This document shows positions 8,438 through 17,948 of a stretch of 64,000 nucleotides of DNA, in pieces. Both the position numbers and the translations under genes were made by a program. Numbering within the stretch: the first letter of the stretch is position 1; the number at the start of each line of letters is the position of its first letter. This DNA is from an uncultured Candidatus Melainabacteria bacterium (GTDB lineage Bacteria > Cyanobacteriota > Vampirovibrionia > Gastranaerophilales > Gastranaerophilaceae). The notes below the pieces were generated by a model. The model was not told the origin of the DNA. It made no database searches and saw nothing but the letters and a program-made list of their open reading frames with translations. The stretch covers positions 2,942 through 66,941 of the forward strand of contig CASLVD010000002.1 in assembly GCA_949398305.1 (NCBI GenBank), read 5' to 3'.

Positions 8438-9547
8438 TTAATCCAACTTTCTTTTAAATGTCCAACCGGCAAGTGATAATGTAATTATCGCTATAATGAT
8501 TAATGGGATTAAATTGACAAAAACATCCTGAAATCCCATACCTTTTAAGAAAATTCCGCGTGTCAAAACCATAAAAAATCTGACAGGATTTAACCACGTT
8601 AAATATTGCCAGAACAGTGGCATATCTTCTATTGGGGAGATAAAACCTGATAACAATACTGCCGGCATTTGAAAAGTTATTACACCCAAAATCGCCTGTT
8701 GCTGCGTTTTTGAAATTGACGATATGAAAAGTCCGACACCTACAATAGACAAAAGGGAAATAAAAACCGCAAGTAAAAATAACCAAATTGACCCCGCAAA
8801 AGGAACTTTAAAGCAGGTTATAACAATTAAAGTCATAATAAGTGTCAATATAAGAGCAATTATAAGCGGCGGAATGGTTTTCCCGAGCAAAATTTCAAAA
8901 GATGATAACGGACTTACTATAAGCTGGTCAAAAGTTCCCATTTCACGTTCTCTTGCAATAGAAAGAGCTGTCAAAAGCAGAGTTATTACAAGTGCAAGCA
9001 TCGCAATTATTACAGTTAAAATATACCACCGATATTCTAAATTGGGATTAAACCAGTTTCTTATAACAGGATTTATTGTAGCACCTTGAACTCCTGTAAT
9101 TTCTGAATTATAGCTGTTTATAATCTGCGTTGCATAACCTCCTGCAATTGCCGCGGAATTTGTCTGCCTGCCGTCAGCCACAATAAGTATATTGACAGGT
9201 TTTTGAGATTTTACGGATGAGGCAAAATCGTTATTAATGTAAATTCCGATTTGAACTTTTTGGTTATCAATTTTTTCTTTGAATTCTTTTTCGTCACTTA
9301 CGTAGTAAAATTTTCTAAATCTTGGCGAATGTTCAAAGCTTGAAATAAGTTCACGTGATTCAACAGAATTTGAGCGATCAATTAAAGCGACATCAATATT
9401 TTTAACTTCCATGGTAATTGCGTTTGCAAAAACAAAAAGCTGCAACAGAGGCATTGCAATAATTATCCCGCGAGATTTCGGATCTTTCCAGATTGTAATA
9501 AATTCTTTTTTTATAAGTGCCAAAATACGGCGCAAGCTCTCTATCAT
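8438..9547 (-). CDS. ABC-2 type transporter permease (YbhR/YhhJ-like)
   Basis: 369 aa. TM1 is followed by a large extracytoplasmic loop and a C-terminal TM bundle. It overlaps the upstream permease gene by 4 nt. Confidence 0.8.
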   Translation of the reverse strand: MIESLRRILALIKKEFITIWKDPKSRGIIIAMPLLQLFVFANAITMEVKNIDVALIDRSNSVESRELISSFEHSPRFRKFYYVSDEKEFKEKIDNQKVQIGIYINNDFASSVKSQKPVNILIVADGRQTNSAAIAGGYATQIINSYNSEITGVQGATINPVIRNWFNPNLEYRWYILTVIIAMLALVITLLLTALSIAREREMGTFDQLIVSPLSSFEILLGKTIPPLIIALILTLIMTLIVITCFKVPFAGSIWLFLLAVFISLLSIVGVGLFISSISKTQQQAILGVITFQMPAVLLSGFISPIEDMPLFWQYLTWLNPVRFFMVLTRGIFLKGMGFQDVFVNLIPLIIIAIITLSLAGWTFKRKLD

Positions 9548-10653
9548 CCTTTCAACCTCATATCCGTATTTTTATAAACCGCAATGAACAAAATCATTCC
9601 AAGAACGGTTAAGAATACTGCATTTACAAAAACAAGCTTCCATACAGTACCTGCCATAAACTCACTTTCAATAAAAGTTATAAAATATCTTGGCGGAAGA
9701 ATCATAGTTAAGTATTGAAAAAACGTAGGCATAGAATTTATCGGAAACATAAGCCCTGAAAGCAATAATGCAGGTAAAAAACCTATCCCTAAAGATACCT
9801 GACTTGCAAGAAATTGGTTTTTAAGTTTTGAAGAAATTGTTAATCCAACCCCGAGCAGTGTAAATAAAAACAGTGCACTAACTGCAAAAAGGACTAAATA
9901 ATTTCCTCTGAATGGGATTTTGAATACCGTGACACAAAGAAAAACATTAAACATCATGGAAATCATTCCAAGCGCAAAGTATGGAATATATTTTCCGAGA
10001 ACTATATCAATTTTTCTAACCTGCGTACTTAAAATCGCTTCCATAGTACCGCGTTCCCATTCGCGTGCAACCACAAGCGCGGTGAGTAAAATACCGATAA
10101 GTGTCATTGTAACAGAAATTGACCCCGGCAAAATAAAATAGTGGCTATTTAAATCCTGATTATACCAGATACGAAGCTCGGGATTTATAACAACGGGATT
10201 TGCCAAACGCCTGAATTTACTTGTATTCAGCCAGCTGTTTGCAATAGAAGTTGAGTAACTTTGAACATAATTTGCGGTATTAACTTCCGACCCGTCAGTG
10301 ATTATCAACAAATCACCTGATTGTCCGCGAGATAATTTTGTTGAAAAATCATTTGGAATAATAACTGCCCCTTTAATTTTTGAACGAGTTATGGCTTCCG
10401 TTAATTCTTGTTCGTTATCAAAAACAATAGAATCAACGTATTTGCTGTGTCCAAAAGATTTAACTAATGTTGAAATCTCAGAATTGGCATCATCATTTTT
10501 TATTCCGAGAGTAACTTTAACAGAATCAAGATTAACTCCATACATATAAATCAAAATTGACAATAATGGTAAAACAAACGCGATTATAATACTTGACGGG
10601 TCGCGAATTATCTGTAAAAATTCTTTTTTAATTAAGGCTGTTAATATTTTCAT
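9544..10653 (-). CDS. ABC-2 type transporter permease (YbhS-like)
   Basis: 369 aa with the same architecture as its neighbour. It has 4-nt overlaps on both sides. Confidence 0.8.
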   Translation of the reverse strand: MKILTALIKKEFLQIIRDPSSIIIAFVLPLLSILIYMYGVNLDSVKVTLGIKNDDANSEISTLVKSFGHSKYVDSIVFDNEQELTEAITRSKIKGAVIIPNDFSTKLSRGQSGDLLIITDGSEVNTANYVQSYSTSIANSWLNTSKFRRLANPVVINPELRIWYNQDLNSHYFILPGSISVTMTLIGILLTALVVAREWERGTMEAILSTQVRKIDIVLGKYIPYFALGMISMMFNVFLCVTVFKIPFRGNYLVLFAVSALFLFTLLGVGLTISSKLKNQFLASQVSLGIGFLPALLLSGLMFPINSMPTFFQYLTMILPPRYFITFIESEFMAGTVWKLVFVNAVFLTVLGMILFIAVYKNTDMRLKG

Positions 10654-12170
10654 TTTCCTGACTCCTTAATCAAAGTTATAAAAGCATCTTCCATTGTTGA
10701 TGCGTGAGCTTTTTGCTTTAATTCATCGGGCGTTCCGACAGCAATAGCTTCACCTTTATAAAAAAGGCTTATACGGTCGCAAAATTCGGCTTCATCCATA
10801 AAGTGTGTAGTAACAAGAATTGTAACTCCTTTTTTAGCAAGAGAAGTAATATGATTCCAGAATTCTCGTCTTGCAATAACGTCAACTCCTGATGTCGGCT
10901 CATCCAAAAATAAAATCGGCGGATTGTGGATTAGAGCACAAGCTAATGATAATCTCTGCTTAAACCCGAGAGGCAAATCTTCTGATTTTTGATTTTGAAC
11001 ATTTTTGAAATCAAAAACTTCAATGATTTCATCAACACGTTTTTTACGGTCAAGCAAGTTAATACCGTAAGCTGCGGCAAAAAATTGCAAATTTTGTCTT
11101 ACTGTTAGTTGTCCGTATAGCGAAAATTTTTGCGCCATATATCCAAGATTTGAACGAGCTTTTGCAGGGTTTTTCAAAATATCAATCCCCATAATTCTTG
11201 CAGTACCTGATGTTGGTTTAGTAAGTCCGCACATCATCTTGAAAGAAGTTGATTTTCCTGCGCCATTTGGACCTAAAAGTCCAAAAATTTCTCCACGTTT
11301 TATACAAAATGAATTGTTTTTTACAGCATAGAAATTCCCGTATTTTTTCTCTAAGTTATCTGCTTCAACAGAACATTCTGAATTATAATCAATCGGTGTA
11401 TAGTTTTGCGCAATTTTTGACGGTTCTTTTTTATATCCGCCCATAAGTTCGATAACTTTTTCCTCAAATTCCTGTGGTGTTGATGCCAAATCATGCGGTT
11501 TTCCATTATAAATAACTTTACCCCTATCTAAAACAACTGCAGTGTCAAAACTGTGAGCTTCATCAAGGTAAGCTGTTGACCACAAAACAGTTGTTTCAGG
11601 TGTTATCATTTCACGAACCATCTTCATCAAATCCCTGCGCGAAATCGGATCAACTCCGACTGATGGTTCATCAAGCAAAAGAAATTCCGGTGTCCCAAGA
11701 AGCGTACATGCAAGCCCGAGTTTTTGTTTCATTCCGCCTGACAATGCTCCTGCAAGTCTGTCCTGAAATGGTGCAAGAGAGGTAAATTCAAGCATTTTAT
11801 CAAATATTGACCCCTCACCCCGGCCCTCTCCCGCAAGGGGCGAGGGAGCATTTATCCCTTTCAAATCAGCATAAAGTTTCAAATTTTCGATAACTGTTAA
11901 ATCCTCATACAAACCGAATTTTTGGGGCATATAACCGATTTTTGAAACAAGTTCTGGTTTTTGAGTGAACGGATTCAATCCCAAAACTTCTACATTGCCG
12001 CTATCAGGTAGGAGCAGACCGATAATCAAGCGGATTAAAGTTGTCTTTCCTGCTCCGTCAGCTCCGATTAAACCTGTGATTTTACCTTTTTCTATTCCAA
12101 GTGAAAGGTTATCAATCGCAGTTAAGTTGTTAAATGTTTTTGTAAGATTTGTAATTGTAACCGTGTTCAT
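10650..12170 (-). CDS. ABC transporter ATP-binding protein with tandem NBDs (YbhF-like)
   Basis: Walker A GADGAGKT and GPNGAGKS, signatures LSGGMKQK and LPLGFKQR, Walker B LLLDEP and LFLDEP. NBD1 carries the in-frame insert APSPLAGEGRGEGS. Confidence 0.9.
   Translation of the reverse strand: MNTVTITNLTKTFNNLTAIDNLSLGIEKGKITGLIGADGAGKTTLIRLIIGLLLPDSGNVEVLGLNPFTQKPELVSKIGYMPQKFGLYEDLTVIENLKLYADLKGINAPSPLAGEGRGEGSIFDKMLEFTSLAPFQDRLAGALSGGMKQKLGLACTLLGTPEFLLLDEPSVGVDPISRRDLMKMVREMITPETTVLWSTAYLDEAHSFDTAVVLDRGKVIYNGKPHDLASTPQEFEEKVIELMGGYKKEPSKIAQNYTPIDYNSECSVEADNLEKKYGNFYAVKNNSFCIKRGEIFGLLGPNGAGKSTSFKMMCGLTKPTSGTARIMGIDILKNPAKARSNLGYMAQKFSLYGQLTVRQNLQFFAAAYGINLLDRKKRVDEIIEVFDFKNVQNQKSEDLPLGFKQRLSLACALIHNPPILFLDEPTSGVDVIARREFWNHITSLAKKGVTILVTTHFMDEAEFCDRISLFYKGEAIAVGTPDELKQKAHASTMEDAFITLIKESGK
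11801..11850. repeat. GC-rich 50-nt dispersed element, copy 1 (inside the ABC ATPase gene)
   Basis: Sequence caaatattgacccctcaccccggccctctcccgcaaggggcgagggagca. It is 48/50 identical to the reverse complement of 12176-12225 and contains an imperfect hairpin CCCTCTCCC/GGGGCGAGGG. Confidence 0.85.
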
Positions 12171-13063
12171 GGAGCTGCTCCCTCGCCCCTTGTGGGAGAG
12201 GGCTGGGGTGAGGGGTCAATATTTGCCCCTAAATCCACTTTAATAGTTACAGGCATGCCCTGTCTTAAATATTCATCAATATCGTCAATATAAACACGAA
12301 TTCTATATACCAAATCTGTTCTCAAGTCTGTTGATTGAACAGTTTTTGGGGTGAATTCAGCAACAGGTGAAATAAATCCGATTTGACCTTTGTAAGTTCT
12401 TTTTTGACCTGTTGAAGGGTTTGTACTATCCGTATAAACATTTACCTTCTGACCATATTTAATGTTTCCTAAATCTGTTTCGTTGATGTAAGCTCTGACC
12501 CAGACGGGTTTGTTTTTGGAGATTGAATATACAATTTGTCCTTTGTTAACCGTTGCTCCTGGTTCTTGAACTCTTACCATTACAATTCCGTCATCAGGTG
12601 CATAGATTTTTGTATAATCTAACTGGTTTTGTGCATAATTTTTTGCGGCAACAGAGGCATTATAATCAGCCACACTCTTATCACGTGTATTTTTTAAGGT
12701 GTCATATTCCTGTTTTGAAATAGTATCGTCTTCAACAAGCGGAGCATTGCGGTCAAACTTTTCCACGCTGTCATTTTTTATAGCGAGTGTTTTTTCAACT
12801 TCAGCTGTTGTTTTTTCAAGATTGGATTTGTAATCTTTCGCATCTAAAATTGCAATAAGTTCACCTTTTTTTACACTGTCACCTTCTTCTTTAAGCATTT
12901 TTTCAATAATTCCCGGCACTTGAAAACTCAAATCAACCTGACGGATTTCAATATTACCGTAAAGCGTAAGTTGGTTCGGATTTCCTTTTTCACGTGTTAG
13001 AAAAAATACCGTAATTCCAATAATTATTAATATTAAAATAAGTGCGATTATTTTTTTCTTCAT
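12167..13063 (-). CDS. HlyD-family membrane fusion protein (YbhG-like)
   Basis: 298 aa with an N-terminal TM anchor and a coiled-coil/barrel-sandwich pattern. Its stop overlaps the ATPase start (ATGA). Confidence 0.85.
   Translation of the reverse strand: MKKKIIALILILIIIGITVFFLTREKGNPNQLTLYGNIEIRQVDLSFQVPGIIEKMLKEEGDSVKKGELIAILDAKDYKSNLEKTTAEVEKTLAIKNDSVEKFDRNAPLVEDDTISKQEYDTLKNTRDKSVADYNASVAAKNYAQNQLDYTKIYAPDDGIVMVRVQEPGATVNKGQIVYSISKNKPVWVRAYINETDLGNIKYGQKVNVYTDSTNPSTGQKRTYKGQIGFISPVAEFTPKTVQSTDLRTDLVYRIRVYIDDIDEYLRQGMPVTIKVDLGANIDPSPQPSPTRGEGAAP
12176..12225. repeat. GC-rich 50-nt dispersed element, copy 2 (inverted; forms the 3' end of the HlyD gene)
   Basis: Its reverse complement matches copy 1 with two G-to-A differences. 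It encodes the HlyD C-terminal tail DPSPQPSPTRGEGAAP. Confidence 0.85.
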
Positions 13064-14400
13064 AATTTGCCTCCAACAGCTTTGTATAGAGTGAAATAAT
13101 TTACCAATCTTTGATTTTTTGTTTGAATTGCTTCTTTTTGAACGTCAATAAATTTTGATAAATCATTCAAATATTCCGGTGCAGAAATTGTTCCGCGGGC
13201 ATATTTTTTGCGAGAATTTTCCAAATTCTTGTATTCGTATTGAACTTTTGCAAGTGTGTTTTTATCGACTGTTGTATTATGTTTTATCAAACAAAGTGCG
13301 GTATTTACTTCTTTTACGGCTTCCAAATCTGTTTGTCTGTATTTTTCAAACAGTTCCTCATATTTTGCTTTTTGAATTTTTAGGTTTGCAATCTTTCTGC
13401 CGCCCGTAAAAATATCCTGACTTGCTCCGGCAAGTATTGCAGCCAAAGAAGATTCCCAAGAGAAAAATGTTCCCGGCGCTATTGTATTAAAAATCCATAA
13501 TCCTGTTATATTAAACCTTGGCAAGAATTCTTTTCTTGCAACACGAATATCAATTTTTGCTTTTTCTAGCATTTTTTCAGCCTGCATAACATCAGGTCTT
13601 GAAAAAATAACGTCTGATTGTATTTCATCAGGAATTGAATTTTGATATTCCAATGTTTCAAATTTTCCGCGGTTTAAATCAGAAATACAATCCGCAGATT
13701 TCCCTGTTAATACTGCAAGTTGCATTAACAAAATTTCTTGCTCTTTTTGAAATTTTTCAAGTTCGTTTTTTGCTGTTTCAAGATTTTTCGCAGAAGTATT
13801 GAGTTGTGATGTGCTAATTGTTCCATGTTCAAATTTTTTAGTATCTCGTCTTAGAATTTCTGTATAAATACCAACTTTTTCCTGTGCAAGTATAATTAGT
13901 TTGTCATATTCTAGGATATTTGTGTAAACAGTTGCAACATCTGCTAAAAGAGATAAATACACCGCTTTTTCTTCAAATTTACTTGCTTCATAAACCTTTT
14001 TTGTTCCCTTTGTTTTATCTCTGTTTTTTAATAGCAAATCTGCTTCATAATTTGCCATAAACGGTAATATAAAAGCGTTATTTTGCAATTCAAAATTATC
14101 TAATTGAGGAACATGAACTCCAAGATAATTTGCCGCAACATTGAATGATGGCAATTCCTTAGAAAAAGAATATTTGACCTGCTGTCTGTATTGTTCAACT
14201 CTGTAAGTAGCCTGTCTAGCACTATGATTATTATCAATTGCCTCATTAATATAATAATAAAGACATTCATCATTAAATTTTGCAAAAAATTCAGGATTAA
14301 GTTCGCTTCTTTCGATTGCAAAGGCAGATTGTGAGATAAGCATTAACAAAAATATCAGAACAATTCTTTTAAACAATGCCAGCCTCCTTGATAAGTGCAT
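13060..14400 (-). CDS. TolC-family outer membrane efflux protein
   Basis: 446 aa with a signal peptide (LISQSAFA) and a two-repeat OMF architecture. It overlaps the HlyD gene by 4 nt. Confidence 0.8.
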   Translation of the reverse strand: MHLSRRLALFKRIVLIFLLMLISQSAFAIERSELNPEFFAKFNDECLYYYINEAIDNNHSARQATYRVEQYRQQVKYSFSKELPSFNVAANYLGVHVPQLDNFELQNNAFILPFMANYEADLLLKNRDKTKGTKKVYEASKFEEKAVYLSLLADVATVYTNILEYDKLIILAQEKVGIYTEILRRDTKKFEHGTISTSQLNTSAKNLETAKNELEKFQKEQEILLMQLAVLTGKSADCISDLNRGKFETLEYQNSIPDEIQSDVIFSRPDVMQAEKMLEKAKIDIRVARKEFLPRFNITGLWIFNTIAPGTFFSWESSLAAILAGASQDIFTGGRKIANLKIQKAKYEELFEKYRQTDLEAVKEVNTALCLIKHNTTVDKNTLAKVQYEYKNLENSRKKYARGTISAPEYLNDLSKFIDVQKEAIQTKNQRLVNYFTLYKAVGGKL

Positions 14401-14998
14401 TGATATATAATTTTACATTTTCTTTTATAATTTTAATATCTTCTTGAATAAAATCATCTTGCCCGAGGGGGTAAAGAGAAAAATTCGGAAGTATTTTGGG
14501 TGAATTAAACTGAGAAATAATAAAAACTGTTTTGAAAATAATTTCTCTGTCATTTTCAGGTTTATTAAATATTGCACCAATAAGTTTTTTCAGATACATA
14601 AAGGCAGGAGAATTTATTGCTGATTTTTCATTCTGTTGTGCTTTTAATAAAAATATAAGCAAATCTTTTGAGATTTTTTCGGAATAAAAAAATTCAATAA
14701 TCTTATCGATAACTGTCATTAAAAGATTTATTTGACTTGTTTTATCCAAAGATGACGGTTCAATATCAAAATCAATAAAAGTTTTTGCATATTCGGTTTG
14801 TTTTTCAATTAAATCTTCAATAATACCGTTGTAAAGTTCTTGTTTACCACCCCAGAAATATGAAATCATACAAATATTAGCATCAGCTTCTTTACAAATT
14901 TGTCTGATACTAGTTCCCTCAAATCCTTGTGCGGCAAAAAGTTTTGTCGCAGCATTTAAAATTCTCTGTTTTGAATTTTCATTCTCAATCTTTTTCAT
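14369..14998 (-). CDS. TetR/AcrR-family transcriptional regulator
   Basis: 209 aa with an N-terminal TetR HTH (RILNAATKLFAAQGFEGTSIRQICKEADANICMISYFWGGKQELY). It heads the efflux operon. Confidence 0.85.
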   Translation of the reverse strand: MKKIENENSKQRILNAATKLFAAQGFEGTSIRQICKEADANICMISYFWGGKQELYNGIIEDLIEKQTEYAKTFIDFDIEPSSLDKTSQINLLMTVIDKIIEFFYSEKISKDLLIFLLKAQQNEKSAINSPAFMYLKKLIGAIFNKPENDREIIFKTVFIISQFNSPKILPNFSLYPLGQDDFIQEDIKIIKENVKLYINALIKEAGIV

Positions 14999-15042
14999 AA
15001 TTGTATATTAAAACAATCGTTTGATTTAGTCAATGCATTAAC

Positions 15043-16410
15043 TTAAATATCAATGGAATTATTTAAATTGATTCCGCCTGTTGCTTTATATATACTTATT
15101 GTTGAAATTATTGAATTGATTTTATTTGAAACTTCTTCTTTTTGAGTTAATAAATATGCTTCTTTTGAATATAGAACATCAAGATTGCCGGAAGCTCCGA
15201 TTTTATTTTTTTGTTGAGCCAAAGTGTAAATTTTTGATTGAGTATTTAATCGGTTTACACTTTCGTCATAATTTTCCATTGCGGTTTTGTATTCAAAAAC
15301 ACTTGAGTTTACTTCTTTTATTCCTTCTAAAATTGTTTTTTGATAACTATTTAGGGCTTCTTCATATTGATATTTTTTCAATTTGAAAAATGCTGCTTTC
15401 CTGCCGCCGGAAAATAAATCCATTGATGGTAAAATTCCAAGATTCAAAAACTGAGAAGGTGAATTAAATAGACTTCCAAGATGGTATGCATTTAGGCCAA
15501 TTTGACCGATAATTGTGAATTTGGGCAGAAATTCTCTTTTGGCAATTTGAACATCAAATCCTATTCTTTTAATATTTGCTTCTTCTTGTTTGAAATCCGG
15601 TCTGTTTTCTACAATTGTTGAATTGTATTCTTGAGATATATTTGTTAATAAATTTATTTGTTCGTATTTGTTTCGTTTAATGTTATCATCATAATTTACA
15701 AGATAAACTTTTAAACTTTCTTCTAAAATATCTTTTGTTAACTTGTGTTTATTTCTTTCTTCTTTTAAAGAAGTTAAAAGTTTTTCTTCTGCCAGAAGTT
15801 CGTTAACGGAACATAAACCTGCTTGATATTTTTCAGAAATCATAGAAACTATTTTTTCTTGAGTTTTAACAAGTTCATCTTGTATTTCAAGAAGTTTATC
15901 TGCTTTTATTAAATTGAAATAATCTGCTGCGAAATCTGATGTTAATGAGATATATGTTGCTCGTTCAGCTTGTTTAACAATTTCAAGTTGTTCTTTCATA
16001 CTTTTGGTTTTCAAGCGGTTTGTTCCCCAAATATCAATTTCATAACCCATTGTTAGGGGTAGCCTGTAGTTGTATTGGGAATATTTTGGAATTTGCATTG
16101 AACCAAATTGCTGTCTTGGAGCTTGTAAATCTCTATTCAAATCTCCTGAAAAATTGATAAAGGGTAATTCATTTGCAAATTGCATCTTTACAAGTTTTTC
16201 GTTTTCTTTAACTTTTAAAGCTGCATTTTTTAAATCATAATTATTGCGATATACAGTTAATAAATTATTTGTAAGATTATTATCGTGAAAACTTTCCCAC
16301 CATTCAATATTTAAATATTCAATAGTTTTTTCGTTGTTTTGTACTGTTTTTGCACTTGCAGGTAAATTTAATATTGCTATTAATAGGGTTAGTATAAAAA
16401 TTTTTTTCAT
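15043..16410 (-). CDS. TolC-family outer membrane efflux protein
   Basis: 455 aa with a signal peptide and OMF repeats. It is divergent from the marR-emrAB-like operon. Confidence 0.8.
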   Translation of the reverse strand: MKKIFILTLLIAILNLPASAKTVQNNEKTIEYLNIEWWESFHDNNLTNNLLTVYRNNYDLKNAALKVKENEKLVKMQFANELPFINFSGDLNRDLQAPRQQFGSMQIPKYSQYNYRLPLTMGYEIDIWGTNRLKTKSMKEQLEIVKQAERATYISLTSDFAADYFNLIKADKLLEIQDELVKTQEKIVSMISEKYQAGLCSVNELLAEEKLLTSLKEERNKHKLTKDILEESLKVYLVNYDDNIKRNKYEQINLLTNISQEYNSTIVENRPDFKQEEANIKRIGFDVQIAKREFLPKFTIIGQIGLNAYHLGSLFNSPSQFLNLGILPSMDLFSGGRKAAFFKLKKYQYEEALNSYQKTILEGIKEVNSSVFEYKTAMENYDESVNRLNTQSKIYTLAQQKNKIGASGNLDVLYSKEAYLLTQKEEVSNKINSIISTISIYKATGGINLNNSIDI

Positions 16411-16487
16411 AATTAGTATTCCTAAAATTTTCTTGTGATATAATTATAGCACAAGAAAATTTTATTAAGCAAATTTGGGAAAAAGAT

Positions 16488-16943
16488 ATGTTAAAAGATA
16501 TTATTGAAGAAAGAATCGGTTCTATTATTTATGTTGTCGGAACTTTGATAAGAGGATTATCATCACAAACTTTCAGTGACAGAAATTTTGGAATTACTCC
16601 GGAACAATACTTAATACTTCTTTTTATTGTTGAAAATGAAGGAGTTTATCAACGCCAGATTTGCGAAATAACATTAAAAGACAGAGCAAATGTTGCCAGA
16701 CTTATTGAAATTTTATTGAAAAAAGATTTGATTGAAAAATTTTCAGATTCAAATGGCAGAAGAATTTATAAAATACATGCAACACAAAAAGGCAAAGATT
16801 TAATCAAAAAAATAGAGCCAATGGATACTGAACTTAGAAGTTTTATTACCCGTGGTATATCCTCTGAAGATTTAGAGATTACCAAAAGAACATTGGAAAA
16901 AATTAAAGCTAATGTAATAGATAATATCAAATTACAGATTTAA
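16488..16943 (+). CDS. MarR-family transcriptional regulator
   Basis: 151 aa with winged-helix MarR length and pattern (GITPEQYLILLFIVENEGVYQRQICEITLKDRANVARLIEIL). Confidence 0.85.
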   Translation: MLKDIIEERIGSIIYVVGTLIRGLSSQTFSDRNFGITPEQYLILLFIVENEGVYQRQICEITLKDRANVARLIEILLKKDLIEKFSDSNGRRIYKIHATQKGKDLIKKIEPMDTELRSFITRGISSEDLEITKRTLEKIKANVIDNIKLQI

Positions 16944-16955
16944 AAGGAGATACAA

Positions 16956-17939
16956 ATGGAAGAAAACATAGCCGAAGTTATAAAAGAAGAAGATACCCGA
17001 CATATATTTGAAAAGAAAAGAGTAATAGTACCCTTAATCACAGCAGTAATACTTTTAGTTTTAGGATTAATTGTTTCAGTTAATTCAATATTTTATAAAT
17101 CAACAGATGATGCTTTTGTTGACGGGCATATTATTACGGTAGCTCCGAGAGTATCAGGTCCGGTTATAAAGCTGAATATCGAAGATAATCAGGAAGTTAA
17201 AAAAGGTGATTTACTGCTAGAAATTGATCCGAAAGATTATGAAACTAAGCTTAAGCAATCAAAAGCTAAGCTTGAAGAAGCCCGTGCTGCTTTAGTAAGT
17301 GCAGGAAATCAGGTAGAAAAAAGCTTTTCGGAATTAGATTTTGCTAGAAACGATTACAACAGATATTCGCAAATGTATGAAAAAGGAATTGCATCAACTC
17401 AGGATTATGATTCTTCAAAAACAAAACTTACAGCAGCTAAATCAGAAAATAAATCAGCACAAGCAAGATATGATGAACTTACGGCTTCAATCAAAAAATT
17501 AGAAGCAGAAGTTGAAGAAAATGAATTGAATCTTTCATATACGAAGATTTACGCATCTCAAGATGGTAAAATAACTCATCGTACGGTTGAACAAGGAAAT
17601 TATGTGCAAATTGCACAGCCATTGTTTGCAATCGCTAAAGATGATGTTTGGGTTGTTGCAAACTTCAAAGAAACTCAAGTGGCAAATATGAAAAAAGGGC
17701 AATCTGTAAAAATAAAAATTGACGCTTATGGACATAAGGTTTTTAACGGAAAGGTTGATAGCTTACAAATGGCTTCTGGTGCAAAGGCAAGTTTATTTCC
17801 TCCGGAAAATGCTGTCGGCAGTTATGTAAAAATTGTTCAAAGAATCCCTGTCAAAATAATTTTTACAGATGATATTTCAGGGTATAACGTTATTCCCGGC
17901 ATGTCTGTAGTTCCAACGGTAAAGGTTAGGGGTAAATAG
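16956..17939 (+). CDS. HlyD-family secretion protein (EmrA-like)
   Basis: 327 aa with an N-terminal TM and the motif TDDAFVDGHIITVAPRVSGPV typical of EmrA-type MFPs. Confidence 0.85.
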   Translation: MEENIAEVIKEEDTRHIFEKKRVIVPLITAVILLVLGLIVSVNSIFYKSTDDAFVDGHIITVAPRVSGPVIKLNIEDNQEVKKGDLLLEIDPKDYETKLKQSKAKLEEARAALVSAGNQVEKSFSELDFARNDYNRYSQMYEKGIASTQDYDSSKTKLTAAKSENKSAQARYDELTASIKKLEAEVEENELNLSYTKIYASQDGKITHRTVEQGNYVQIAQPLFAIAKDDVWVVANFKETQVANMKKGQSVKIKIDAYGHKVFNGKVDSLQMASGAKASLFPPENAVGSYVKIVQRIPVKIIFTDDISGYNVIPGMSVVPTVKVRGK

Positions 17940-17948
17940 GGGTAAATT

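Noticed and set aside
11851-12175. Invertible promoter/gene switch bounded by the two inverted GC-rich repeats
   Set aside because: Inversion would separate the ATPase Walker A region from the rest of the gene and destroy the HlyD-ATPase junction. No recombinase gene is nearby. Independent insertions of a small element are more likely, and inversion is only worth checking in long reads.
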